Positions 45,601-57,718 of a stretch of 64,000 nucleotides of DNA are shown piece after piece. Where the stretch lies: contig OZ361259.1 in assembly GCA_977018835.1 (NCBI GenBank), forward strand, positions 1,674,001-1,738,000, given 5' to 3'. Origin of the DNA: Minutocellus sp. GHC0000111 (taxonomy: Eukaryota). Position 1 is the first letter of the stretch. Each line of letters opens with the position of its first letter. Position numbers and translations under genes: made by a program. The notes under the pieces were generated by a model. It saw only the letters and a list, made by a program, of their open reading frames with translations. It did not search any database and was not told the origin of the DNA.

Positions 45601-47137
45601 TGGATTCTCCTTCGGCGCGCCGGCACCAGCTCCGGCTGGAGCTGATAGTGCTGCACCAGCACCTGCTGCGGGTGGATTTTCATTTGGTACCACCTCGGCG
45701 GCCCCTGCACCGGCCGATGCTGATTCCAAGAAGGACGATGCTGATAAGAAGAGCAATGAGACCAAGCCCGCTCCTGGTGGTTTCTCCTTTGGTACCGCGG
45801 CTGCTCCTGCACCAGCACCCGCAGCTAGCGGTGGATTCTCCTTCGGCACTGCAGCTCCCCCAGCCAAGAAAGAAGAAGCCAAGAAGGACGATTCTACCGC
45901 TGACGAGTGGAAGTGCAACAAGTGTGGCGCCTCAAATGCCGCCGGTATCATCAAGTGCTTGATGTGCCAAGCCGACAAGGACGAGAGTGGCGATGCCACT
46001 AAGAAGAAAAAGAAGCCAGCATCTACATTCGGTGGCTTTGGTGCTACTACCTCAGCGCCTGCTCCTGCACCTACTGCCGGCGGATTTTCCTTTGGCAGTA
46101 CCGCCCCCGCACCTGCTGCGTCCACTGATGAGAAGAAGGATGAGGCGCCCAAGCCTGCATTTTCCTTTGGAGCGGCAGCCCCTGCCCCCGCTCCTGCCGC
46201 CCCCGATGACAAGAAGGAAGAGGCACCCAAGCCAGCCTTTAGCTTTGGTACCTCTGCGCCTGCCCCTGCTGCCGAGCCGAAGAAGGACGAGGCTCCCAAG
46301 CCAACCTTCACATTTGGAGGATCTTCCGCTCCCGCCCCCGCTCCGGCTGCCGCTGGTTTCGGAGCGCCATCTGCGCCTGCGCCAGCTCCCGCTGCTGGAT
46401 TTTCGTTTGGTTCTTCAGCTCCTGTTGACGACGGGCGCTTGAAGGATGACCGCAACCCAAAGAAGAAGCGATCTGCTGGTGGTGACTCTGCAGCACCAGC
46501 ATTCACATTCGGAGGTGCTGCACCATCCGCACCAACTCTGCCGCCGGCAACCGGTGGCTTCGGCGCTGCACCTCCCGCCGCCGCTCCACCTGCACCTGCC
46601 TTTGCATTTGGATCCGCAGCACCACCGTCCGCCCCTACACCGCCACCTCTGGCATCCGCAGCTGTCAATCCTCCAGCCCCCGCCTTTGCATTCGGCAGTG
46701 CTGCTGCTCCGGCGCCAGCACCTGCTGGTGGGGCGGCATTCGCATTTGGCTCGGCCAACGCAGCCGCCCCGCCTCCGGCGCCGCAACCCTTTGGATTTGG
46801 AGCAGCAGCTCCAACTCCACCACCGCCTGCTTCTCAGCCAGGATCACAAAGTACCAGCCCCGTGCCACCGGCATTTGGATTCGGTGCGGCAGCCGCTCCT
46901 CCTCAGCAACCTGCCCCAGGTGGCTTCGGCGCACCGGCCGCTGGTGGATTCGGAGCACCGGCACCCCCTGCACCTGGTGGGTTTGGAGCACCTCCCGCAC
47001 AGCCCGGTGCTCCGGCGTTTGGAGGAGCTGCGGCCCCGGCCGGCGCCGGTGGATTCAGCATCGGTACTGGCGGAAGCTCGAATCAGGGTGGCAAGCAACG
47101 CCGCAGAATCGTAAGGGCACGACGGCCTCCTCGCTAA
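42680..47137 (+). CDS. Nup153/Nup1-like nuclear-basket FG nucleoporin with two RanBP2-type zinc fingers; intron 43176-43727 (or 43730)
   Basis: W.CDAC...N....C..C and WKCNKC...N....CLMC fingers, many GGFSFG/PAFxFG repeats, and a C-terminal RRRIVRARRP basic motif. Confidence 0.88.
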
Positions 47138-47489
47138 ATCTATCCTCTATAAGAGTAACGAAATGATAAACAAGAAGTCTTTCCGCATTTACAACGCAGT
47201 AGCTCCTTGTGAAATGCATCTCATTGCAGTCATATTTGACTTTGTTGCGTACTCTCTTTTTGCTGTGATCCACCATCGACAAAAGTTGCCTTGGCCTCCA
47301 TGTAATCTTCAACAGCCCCTTCAGTTCATAACCAAAGTACGTTCGCTGTTTGGTTATGTTATGTGCTTATATTTCTATACACCATTGACAAGCAAGCTGA
47401 ATGCAATGCCCCCATCAAACTGAATTGCCCAATACATTCATTTTTTGCTACCTCTACATACTCTAGCGTACCACCAAAGTATCGGCTCC

Positions 47490-48475
47490 TCACTTCTTGT
47501 TGAACATGTTGGCCATCTTTTGTGCCAACCGCAGCTCCGCCTCGTCCTCCTCCGCCACGGCCTCGGCCCGCTCGTACTCCTTCTCAATGGCCTCGTACTT
47601 CTCCTCCTCGGCCTTCTCCGCGTCCAACTTGGCCTTCAACACTTTTTTGGTCTGTACCTCCTCGGCCAAGTACCGCCGTTCGGCCTTCTCGGCCTGCCGT
47701 TCCTTGCGTTCCATCTTCTTTTCCTCTGCGAGCAACCGCTTCACTTCCCGCTCCTTGGCCGCCCGTTCGGCCTTGGAGGTGATCTTGGCCTCCTCCTCCT
47801 CGTCCTTTTGGATCTCCTCCTTGAGCTTGGCGATGATGGCCTTGTCCTTCTTCTCTTCCTCCTCGGCCTTCTTCTCGGCTTCCTCGATCTGGTGTTCAGA
47901 GAATGCAAAGGTATCGTGTGTTGGTAAGAATAGGTAATAAAATTAAAAGATGAAGGGGGTGGGTGGGAAGCAACCGCCATGCCCTGACCTAATCCATGCA
48001 TGCAACAGTAATTCGAACCACCGTCGCTTTCATTCCTTCATTCATGCATGCACCTGCTCAATTACAACAATGGCTGTACAGTACGCACCCTGGCCTCGGT
48101 CTCCTCGGCCAGCTTGGCCTCGTACTGGAAGTAGCGCTCGTTGTTCAGCTCCCGCTGGGCACGGATGCGGTCCTTCCGGGCCTCCTTCTCGGCCTTCTTG
48201 GTCTCGGCCTCCAACCCCTTGAGCATCTCCTTGTCGACCAGTTCGGTCGAGGAGAGGAGGCTGCTGCTGGATGAGGTGGAGGCGGCGGCGGCTGCTTGTG
48301 AGGTTTCGACTATGCGGACCGTCTCGACTTGCTGAGCGGGGGGGTAGGCGGGGACGGCAAAGGCGTCGGCGCACGAGGCCGTGGCCGCGGCGGTAGCGGC
48401 GAGGACGGTGAGGGACTTAATCTTCGTGCTGGGATGGACGGAGGAACAATGCGGTATCAGCACATCAACGGCCAT
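47490..48475 (-). CDS. Predicted plastid-targeted E/K-rich coiled-coil protein; intron 48088-47889
   Basis: Hydrophobic presequence followed by ADA-FAVP. GT-AG intron joins EAR/IEEAEKK in frame with 47490-47744. Start uncertain. Confidence 0.75.
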
Positions 48476-48774
48476 GACGCACTGACGCACTGGTCTTATC
48501 GGGACTGATTTTTATATCATTATTTTATCGGGACTCAAACCGACCGATGCGCAGCCGGCCTCATTCTCCGACAGACGAGCGAGCGAGCGAGCGTGCTGAC
48601 TTCTGCCCTCGCTGCTGCTGCCTCCGTGATAACTCCATCTCCGCCGCGAGTGAATGCTTTCGGGCGCTGCACGGGTCGGTATCTTCGCGTTGTAGCAGTG
48701 TCATTCTTGCGACAACCTTGAGTTGAAAAAGAAAAGGCAGCACATCTCGTGCGATTAGCGGGTAAAACAACACG

Positions 48775-50772
48775 ATGGAGAGCAATGCTGCCTCCGCTGC
48801 CGAACAGGAAAGCAGCAGCACATACGAGCATCTCCGTGCCCTCCTCTCTCTGGAGAATCCAACCTGCCAAATCTGCACGGAGGACATCCACGAGCTGAAC
48901 CATTGCTCGGCTGGTGAGAATGCAACCGCTCATGCCAGCACCAAGCAAGTTCGCCTGGTGCCCATGCCACATTGCAAGTGCCGGACCACGCTGGCTTCCG
49001 TGCACGTCCGTCCCTCGGACTTAACCCTGCCACCTACCGATACTACTGATAACACAGCCGATCAGTCCACCTTTCTGCAAGCTCTTCTCAACTCCCAACC
49101 CTGTCTGTCGGGGGATACCCCCAAACACAAACGCATGGGTGCCTTCACCCCACGCAAGTTGCCCACGACAACCTACTCCCACCGCACCACCTGCACCGAC
49201 TGCCTCCCGCAATGGACCAAGAGCGCCAACGACGTTCAGAAGTACAACTACAACGACGATCCCGAGGGGAATGAAATGTGCTTTACGAATGATGTTAGAT
49301 GTGCCCAGTGCAATCGGGTGTTTGCCAAGCGTACCGTCGATCGATTGATGGCGGGGGGTGGTGCAGGGGGGGACGTCGAAAGATGACGACGAATGGACCA
49401 GAAGTGTGGAGCATACGGCGAAAGTGGTGACATGGGCCGATAAGATCAAGGCATGGGCCAAGCGGGAGCTGGCGAATGGTAGCAGTGCCAAGGATGACCA
49501 CTCAAGTTCGGAGCAGCAGCTGACACCGGAGCAATCGCATCTTCGATCGGTCCTCCTCTCCATCATCAAGGGCGATACGTCTCCCTCCATCGGCCAAGAC
49601 GGCGTCCATCGGCAAGAAGTGCAGCACGGCGAAATGAAGCGCGAATTGATGCAGCGCGACCCAAAGTTTGCGCAGGAGGTGGAGGATATGGAATATGTCC
49701 GCAAGTTGGCCGAGGCGGAGAAAAAGGCGGCAGCAGAAGAGGAACGGCATAGGAGGGAAGCGGACGAGCGGATGGCACGGGAGCTGGCCGAGAAGGAGAA
49801 GGAGCGCGGGGACGGTGCCCAAGGGAATGGATCTGCTATGGGCGAGGCGACTGCACCAACACCGGGCCTCCCGGCAATTTTTGCATCGCATCAAACACAG
49901 ATGCGACAGCGTGAGGAGGAAGAGAAGAAGTCGGAAGAACTGGCTCGGCGGATGCAGCAGCAATGGGAGGAAGAGGAACGTCGGGAGAGGGATCGCAGGG
50001 AGAAACGCGATGCCAAGCTCGCGCGGAAGCTGTACAATTTCGATCAGCGGGAAAAGCAGGATCGAGATCGAAAGCGGAAGGGATCGACTGCGTTGTTTGG
50101 TGAGCCGGTGCGGAAGAGTCCGTTTGATGCGCAATTGAAGCAAAAGCAGCGGCAGCAGCCGAAGCCGACGACGACGACGAAGCCAACAAGTAAGCAAGAC
50201 GATGTTGTGGATATTACTGATAGTCCCACAAAAGATGGCGAGGATAAGAGCGATGGTGAATACGAAAGAATACCTCAGTCAGCGGCAAAGACGAAGGATA
50301 TGCCAAACGCTTGTCAGGAGAAGGTGAAGGATGATGAAGTTCATGATCTAGTCAATGATGACGGTAATGGCGATGATGACGAAGGAGAACTAATAACAAC
50401 GACAACGAGCCACAGTATTTTACACAAGCTGCATCGCCGTTCCCTACACCGAGGTCAGTGGACTCATCGGCACGGAAGAAACCTCCCCCGTCGTCAACGC
50501 CAGCATCCAATCGAAAGAATCCAATGTCAGGTAGTGCAACTCCGGGACATCGATCTAGTCCCCAAAACGGTGCGGACTTTTCATCTGATAAGAAGAAGGA
50601 AGTGGAATGGGATGAAGCTGACGATGATGATTTGAAGTTTCTAGTTGATATGGGTTTTCACTGGAAAGAGGCAAGGAGGTGTTACTTTGATGCTGACAAA
50701 AATGTTGAAAAGGCGGCGGCAATGCTGTCGAGTGCCATGGAAGAACGGGAGAGGGCAAAGAAGAGGGGATAA
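48775..50772 (+). pseudogene. Cys-rich (RING-like) + coiled coil + C-terminal UBA protein with two frameshifts (~49370 and ~50400)
   Basis: CQIC...CTDC...CAQC pattern and FLVDMGF..KEARR......NVEKAAAML (UBA). Three overlapping ORFs, with a G7 run at 49366-49372. Confidence 0.65.
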
Positions 50773-51162
50773 CCTCTCATCCTTGGAAGCAATTTCCTTC
50801 CTCTAGCTAGAATTACTAGTAGCTGCTGAGTTGCTTTGTAGAAATATATTTATATACATTCTAAAGATCAAGATCTAGGATTCGCCGTCCGGAACCAAAG
50901 GACTTGCCCATTCGCAGTCTTTTCTTCTCTCACGCCTGATGATTCGATGTGATGAGGTGCGACTTGTCTTAAACTGGTATGCGGGCAGAGGCATAAATGG
51001 ACAACTCAAGACCGCCTTTCCGCCATAATTCCGCCAACCTCGATAGTACTAGTAGTCAATAAATAGACAAGATTTATAGAGGCCAGGACGGGCTGACCTC
51101 CATACCTTCTCAGCTCATGCGCGCTCAGCAGCCCGAAACAAATTGAATTGAGAATATTTAAC

Positions 51163-52068
51163 ATGCGATCTCTTGTGACAGCGACTCTGGCCCTGCCTCT
51201 CGTCGTTGCTGATTCTCGTCGCGTCAACGGCAACAATAGTGAGAGGCTCCGACGACGACGTCTCAAGAAATTTGTAGCCAAGGTGAAATTCGCCGAGCAC
51301 GAAGTGGATGATATCTGGAATGAGGTTGATCTGGATAAGATTGCCAAGGCCAAGGCCAAGCCCGACGATGTCCCTCCCGTCGATCTTCCAGAAGATGAGG
51401 ACGACTTTGTGTGCGAAACAGCTGGCAGCTATTGTGAAAACAAAGATTTATGCCACAAATACACCAGGCTTCACGAGTCAACGATGCTTCTCATCGATGA
51501 GTCGAAAATGGACTGTTTCTGCATGCACGCGTGGAGTTATGAGGATGACTACTGCGACGAGACCAAAGGGTTCGATTCTATCAATTGTGCTTGTGAGGAC
51601 AATGAGGAAGACGATCTGGCACGAGACGACGTCGAACTGAACGATCCCGAAAGGACGCAGAGAGACATGGTCGTGGCGTGCGTGCGCTATTCTTTGGACG
51701 AGGGTGAGTATGAATAGATCACTGAAGATATTACAAAGAGGGAGTATACCAAGCTCGTATTTTCGGACGAGGATGCTGTCCTTCCGGATGCGTGTGCCAT
51801 GCACTTTGAAGATTGTGATCCGAGCGGGGTCGTCTGTGCCGAGAAGGCTGATCTAAATCCCGATAACGAAGCGAATGAAGATGCCGAAGAAGAGGCCGAT
51901 GAAGAGAAAGCTGCTGAGATAGGCGATGCTGACGATGAAGCCGATGAGGATACGTCCCCCCTGGGCAAGGAAATCGAGATGGAGGAGAGGCTGAGTGCAG
52001 AAATTTCGGAACTCGAGGCCAAGATCAAGGAGATCGAGACGTTGCTCGATGAGGATAAGAATATATAA
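51163..52068 (+). pseudogene. Secreted Cys/acidic protein with an in-frame TAG at 51715-51717
   Basis: ORFs 51148-51717 and 51799-52068 share a frame, which is open between them (EYE*ITEDITKRE...). Confidence 0.65.
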
Positions 52069-52157
52069 ACCTATAAGAATCTTTGCACTATACATACGCA
52101 TCGTTAGTAAACAATTTGGTTGCATTGATTTAGTTCTTTGCGTGCTGGTCAACGGTA

Positions 52158-54098
52158 TTACGCCATGGTGGCCGTCTGACTGTTCTTCTCGATCTGATCC
52201 TGGAAGCTGCCGTCGCTGCTGCTCTTGCTTCCCATGACGGCACCGGCGGCATCGCCCTCCTTCTTTTGCGCGGTGGCGCAATACTGCGTACTGGTGGGAG
52301 GGGATGAATCCGCGCCGTACATTCCATGGAGATGATTGTACGACAACGATGGTGGTGGGTGCGAACCAACACCGACCAGCGCTGCGCTCGCCATGAGCCT
52401 GTCGACGTTGCCCACCCTGTCCAGCAGCTTTTTGCGGGACTTGCTCGTCCTCAGCATGGTCTTGGAATGGCACGCCTTGAGGCCCATGGATCTATCCCAC
52501 TCCCGCAGCAACCGTTCGGATTGGGTGGAAATTTCGAGGGATTCCAGGAAGCGGTATTGGGAGGCGGCGGGGGCTTGTTGAGGTTGTGGTGGCAATGGTG
52601 GTTGAATTGCCAAGGGTTGGTGGTAGCCTTGGGGGGCGTTGATGTACTGGGTGGGGTAGGCGGAGTTGGTGTGGGCGTGGGTATGAATGTGGGCGTTGGT
52701 GTGGACGTTCGATGAGCGGGGGGTGACCTCGTCGACGGAAGCCGTGTGCATCATCACTTGCTGTGCCTGCTGCTGGTAGTTGTGGCTGGCGCTGCTGGCA
52801 GCAGGATGCCCCCCGGCATATTGTTGATACGGCCGAGGTTGCTGTTGGTGTTGCTGCCCTAGATACGATGGCTGCAGGGACGACGACGGCGGATGCATGT
52901 ACGCCGCCCTAAGCTCCTCCCTGGTCTCGGCCGGCAGCGCCACGTTGCAGGTCATCATCTCGTACGCGTAGCAGGATGGCTGCGTCGGGACAGCCGGCAT
53001 GTCGCTCTGGCTGCTCCGACCGGAGCTGGCGCTGCCATGGACGCTCCCGGCGATGGAGCTGGGCATCTTGACCTGGTGGTGCTGCTGCTCCGGTCCACTC
53101 TCCAGACCAATACCCGCCAGCAGGTCGTCGTACGCCAAGCTGCCGCCCGACCCCATCAAACCACTCAAGTCGCCCAACACGTCGTCCGCGTAGGGCGCCA
53201 GTCCGGGTGTGGCGGACTGGGCGGCGAGGTCGTCGTCAAACACCGACCCGGTGGCGATGGCCTCCTTGAGTTCCTGCGCGTCGAGCAGCTGGAGGAGATC
53301 GGTGAAGGACGTGGACGTGGACGTGCGGTTGGCGAGGGTCTTGCGGGTGGTGAGGGAGGAGGGGGACGTAGTGAGGGAGTGGGGCGGTAGGGCTTGTGCC
53401 GGCTGTGGCTGTGGCTGCACTTGCTGCACTGGCGGCACATGCTGTGCCATCTGCGCCTGCGCTTGCGGCATCTGGAACGGATTGTTCCCACCGCCGATGC
53501 TGCCGATGTCGTTGGTGTTGGCCGTGGTCGTGGTGGTCCTTCGGCGCTTCCTCCCTCCTTCTCCGCCAGCCGACGCCGACGTGGCCGAAGAGGAGGAAAA
53601 GGCCGTGCCGAACTGACGGTGGCACCATCGCTCCAGGTCGTCCAACAACGCGTCGCTGCTGCCGTCGGCGGGACGCTTGGTCGGCGGCAAGATGGTCGTG
53701 GTCGGTGTTGGTCTTGGGTTCTGTGCTTGTGGGCCGGCAGCAGCGGTGGTGTTGTTTTGCCGTTGGTACGAGGAGGAGTGGTAGGAGGATGTCCCAGAAT
53801 GACCGCCGCGGGGAACGTCGTTGAGCGGGGCCGTGAAGGTGAGGAGGGGCGGCTGCTCGTAGGAGGAGACCGCCGCTGTTGCCATGATCGTGGTCGTATT
53901 TGCGTTGGTCGTGTCATCGTGCACGGCGGGATGCGTTCCATCGTCGGACATGCGAGTCGGTGCCGTCTGTCGCGATGACGGATGGTGGACAATTTGGAAC
54001 GATTGGTTGGCCGAAGCGGCGGCAGGAGTTGACGAGGAGCACATGTCGTTATTACGTTGATCAGATTGACGACGGCGATGGTCCGGAAGCATATCCAA
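52158..54098 (-). CDS. Low-complexity Q/P/S-rich protein with a C-terminal helical motif (LREWDRSMGLKACHSKTM...SRKKL); possible nuclear regulator
   Basis: 646-aa ORF with an NLS-like RKRRR. Start uncertain. Confidence 0.75.
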   Translation of the reverse strand: MDMLPDHRRRQSDQRNNDMCSSSTPAAASANQSFQIVHHPSSRQTAPTRMSDDGTHPAVHDDTTNANTTTIMATAAVSSYEQPPLLTFTAPLNDVPRGGHSGTSSYHSSSYQRQNNTTAAAGPQAQNPRPTPTTTILPPTKRPADGSSDALLDDLERWCHRQFGTAFSSSSATSASAGGEGGRKRRRTTTTTANTNDIGSIGGGNNPFQMPQAQAQMAQHVPPVQQVQPQPQPAQALPPHSLTTSPSSLTTRKTLANRTSTSTSFTDLLQLLDAQELKEAIATGSVFDDDLAAQSATPGLAPYADDVLGDLSGLMGSGGSLAYDDLLAGIGLESGPEQQHHQVKMPSSIAGSVHGSASSGRSSQSDMPAVPTQPSCYAYEMMTCNVALPAETREELRAAYMHPPSSSLQPSYLGQQHQQQPRPYQQYAGGHPAASSASHNYQQQAQQVMMHTASVDEVTPRSSNVHTNAHIHTHAHTNSAYPTQYINAPQGYHQPLAIQPPLPPQPQQAPAASQYRFLESLEISTQSERLLREWDRSMGLKACHSKTMLRTSKSRKKLLDRVGNVDRLMASAALVGVGSHPPPSLSYNHLHGMYGADSSPPTSTQYCATAQKKEGDAAGAVMGSKSSSDGSFQDQIEKNSQTATMA

Positions 54099-55059
54099 GT
54101 ATCAGAGAGTAGCACTATCAGCTTTGTTGTGGGGCTTTTGGAATTGCAATGCACACAATCCGGCAGTAAAATGTGACTACCGCATCCTGTCCGTCCGACA
54201 AATGTCCGAGTTGGAGGTTCTAATCGGAGCAAAGAACATCCCTCCCCAGCACGATATCTTCAAAATGGCGATGGGTCATGGCGACGTGCGTAGTCATAGG
54301 CCGGCCTGCTTGCTCCTTTCTCGACACGCGCACAGCGCGCCTTGCTGGGCTTTCCCTCGAGATCGTGGCGATCGTGGTTTTATCGTGTTTTTGGCCGCGT
54401 GCGTCGGTCCGAAAATGACTTTTCCCACGTCACGTGCTTTCTTTCCGTGCGTCACTCCCGCCAAAGTTAGACAGTGGCAATGTCTCCGGGTCTCTTTCTG
54501 TCACAAATAAAAGTACGCAGGCGCCTAATTTTGAGTAGAAAAAGCGGGGGCCGGAGCGATCAGCGCTCAACATCTGAAACAGTCGGATCCAACGATAAGC
54601 TACGTATCAGAAAAGCCCAATGTCAATTCGATTGATCCCGTGTCGCTTCCCGGTCAATCGAAAGCCCAGAGAATAATGTCAATAAGTGAAGGAATGCGGA
54701 ACGTCGTCATCTGCTCCACAACTGCAACACACGCATCAAAACCTCTCAGGCAAAACGACGCACAATAAATGCATGCAAAATGCAGGCGCTCAGGAAGGAA
54801 GGATTTCTTTGGAACAACAGCCCAATACCGGGAGCGTCATGGGCCTTAAAAGCCCTCACACACAAATTTTCGCTCGAGCAGGAACGACAACGACAAAGAT
54901 CCCATGCCGAGAATCTTGACAGCTGTTTTCTTCGGCTTCCATCACATAAATCTGCTGCCGCCCCCGCACACAACACATCCCGAAGTTCATACATGTAAAT
55001 CGAACCAAGCCATCAACGCAATATTGCATACACATCGCCACCATCATCAAAACAATAAA

Positions 55060-56001
55060 ATGTACCCCAACGGCCCCATCTCGCACGAGCGTCACCACTT
55101 CGTCTTCTTCCTTGAGATCGAGCAGAGTCTGCAGGCCGAGCTTGATGCCGATGAGGCCAATGAAGAAGACGAAGAGGATTTTTCCAGCAGCGACGACACC
55201 AGCACCGAGAAGCACTCTGATGATCAAAATAATGACATCGAAGACGACGACGAATTCTTCCTCCCAACCTCATCCAAGAATCTACCCACCGCATCCGAGA
55301 TTTGCGCCAATGCAAGCTACAATAACAAAAATACAAAGAAAAACAACAGCACCAGGCAAAACACCGTAACGAATCTCATCAAGGCCAAGTTCAACCAAAA
55401 GATATTGTCCACACAACGAAGACAGACTGACGAGACGGTCGGCCTCGACGACGACGATGAGGGCTACGATGAGCAAGAAGAAATCCTCCGTCAGGTCTAC
55501 CGTCACGATAGTCTGGCGCATCGCATGTCCTCCTCCTTCACCCGTCGTCTATCGGATTGCATGCAGAATCTAGCCCTCGAAACGTCGCAGCCTCGTGCTC
55601 TGTCGTCGGTCACACAATACCAGAACGACGAGAACGACGACGACGATTCCATCGAATACGTAGACGACGGCGACGACAACTACACGCACAAAGTGGGCGA
55701 ATGCTTCGAGATGGACGTCTTTGTCGATCATCGTGCCCCCATGGGCAACAACAGCATGGATTCCATCACCACCGCATCGACGAGCAACGCCAACAGGAAA
55801 CAACAACATCGACGCAAGTCCACCACGAGCACGAATGCCATCAATGAAGGCCTTCTCAGGGCTCTTGAAGCAAGCAGCGGTAGCTGCAAGTTGTCCGACG
55901 ACGACTTGGTCCCCGCCGAGGTACAGATTGGAGATATTGCACGACGCATGGACCGTCGCTACTCCAGGAGAAGATCGTTCACCAACGCCTATGCTGCGTA
56001 A
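55060..56001 (+). CDS. Acidic, disordered hypothetical protein
   Basis: Long ORF with ATG in an AAAATG context and an AT-rich 3' region. Confidence 0.65.
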   Translation: MYPNGPISHERHHFVFFLEIEQSLQAELDADEANEEDEEDFSSSDDTSTEKHSDDQNNDIEDDDEFFLPTSSKNLPTASEICANASYNNKNTKKNNSTRQNTVTNLIKAKFNQKILSTQRRQTDETVGLDDDDEGYDEQEEILRQVYRHDSLAHRMSSSFTRRLSDCMQNLALETSQPRALSSVTQYQNDENDDDDSIEYVDDGDDNYTHKVGECFEMDVFVDHRAPMGNNSMDSITTASTSNANRKQQHRRKSTTSTNAINEGLLRALEASSGSCKLSDDDLVPAEVQIGDIARRMDRRYSRRRSFTNAYAA

Positions 56002-56223
56002 GAAGATGCACCGCATCAACCAGTTCCTTGGGCCTAAGATCTACTACCATTGTACAAATTTTGTTTGATTTATTTTGAATTGTACAAGATTTTGAGTGTA
56101 AACGAAAGAGTAAAACGTAACGTAAAAACAGTTAAAGCACATATCTTTTATTTTAAGACTACTTGATATACGCTTTACATACCATCCACGAGGTACTACA
56201 TAACGGTTGTAGAATTATTTAAA

Positions 56224-57465
56224 CTATTTCAGTTCTCCGCAGTCAGCAATGACTACCTTCTGGCTTGTCTTGCCGCTGGAAGATCCAACCGCCTCGATGG
56301 CTTTCACCACATCCATGCCATTAACGACGCTGCCGAATACGACATGCTTTCCGTCCAACCAGGCTGTTTTGGCCGTGCAAAGGAAAAATTGCGAGCCATT
56401 GCTGAAATGTGGAACAAAGCATCATAAATGCGCGAAACAAGGTGAGCAAGCGAAGTATGTTCTGATTCTTGTCATGCATTGACAACATTCGGCACAATAC
56501 GGACATAATTCCATGCATTCTCGGTCAGCAACTGACTCGAACCAATTACTCACGTATTCGGACCGGAGTTAGCCATACTGAGGATGCCTGGACCGGTATG
56601 CTTGAGCTTAAAATTCTCGTCCTTGAATTTTGCGCCGTCTGCCGGTCGTCACGAAGCGATGAAGCAAAGATGTTTGTAGAACTTGGTTAGCAGAATTGCA
56701 TGAAAACAGGACAGAGATGCGTGTAAATAATTTGAAGATATGGTGTGATCATACTCACAAATGCTCTTGCCACCAGTACCGTTGTGGTTAGTGAAGTCGC
56801 CGCCCTGGCACATGAAATCTACGAAATTGTATATAAAAAGTGATGAGGAGAAGGTGAAGCATTTCAATGAGTCACGCGGTCCATCTCTTCTAAAAGTCTA
56901 AAGATTCTCGCCAATTTTTTATGGCTATGCTGAAGTAATATATAGCGATAGTTCTGGCCAATTTCGTATCTGGCCAAGACACGAAACTAAAGTAGTGTAG
57001 CTCACCTGGAATTACTCTGTGAAAACTACTTCCTTTGAACCCGAATCCCTTCTCATGAGTACAGAGTTGCTTGAAGTTCTCCGCCGTTTTGGGCACCACG
57101 TCCGCCCGAAGTTCCATCCTATGCGGCGCGAATTCAGTGGTGATTGCCATGAGTGACGGAAGACCCAAACGTGAGATATGACAGTGCAATAATTATTCGG
57201 GTAAATGCACAAAGCAAAAAAATAATCCCTTCCTACATCAACACTCGCAACACGCAGAGACTTCATGTCTCCACCAATAATTTCTGATTCGTCCGTTTGT
57301 GCGTGCGTCAACTGTTTGACTGTTTCCCCGTCCACATCTTTCCATCCATTGATTCACTCACTCGATCCGGCCGGCCGACTGACCACCAATCTCAATATCA
57401 AAATATACCTTTGGGTTGACACCGCTGAACGCCGGGGCCTCTTCGGACGAGCTACCGCACCCCAT
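56224..57465 (-). CDS. Cyclophilin-type peptidyl-prolyl isomerase, 5 exons (57465-57362, 57118-57006, 56818-56759, 56638-56554, 56401-56224)
   Basis: Spliced translation: MGCGSS...[81 protein letters not shown]. All four introns are GT-AG. Confidence 0.95.
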
Positions 57466-57718
57466 GTTGGCTTGCTTGGCTTCAACCGTATCTTTGTTTT
57501 CTCTGGCTGGGTTCGGCGCCTGGTGGCGGCTGGGCGAGGTTTAGTGGCTACTGCAAAATCTTGTAGTGCCTAAAAGGGCCAAAAATTTCGACCGAGTCCC
57601 ATTTCGCGGTGTCAGCCAGTCCTTCAGTCCCTTTAGAACAAGTCAACCGCGCAACTCTCCCTCCAAGTTGGGTCACAACCGAGCTCATTCTCTCGCCCCC
57701 CAACGTGGTTACCACCAT

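Noticed and set aside
45043..46758. 571-aa antisense ORF, and similar long shadow ORFs at 6774-7745, 30778-32563, 43853-45046 and 53165-54232
   Set aside because: These are GC-rich antisense or off-frame shadows of real genes, with no independent domain signal.
45400..47070. Repeated nucleotide motifs suggesting a CRISPR-like array
   Set aside because: They are degenerate codons for FG/PAPA peptide repeats in a eukaryotic nucleoporin, with no fixed repeat-spacer structure.
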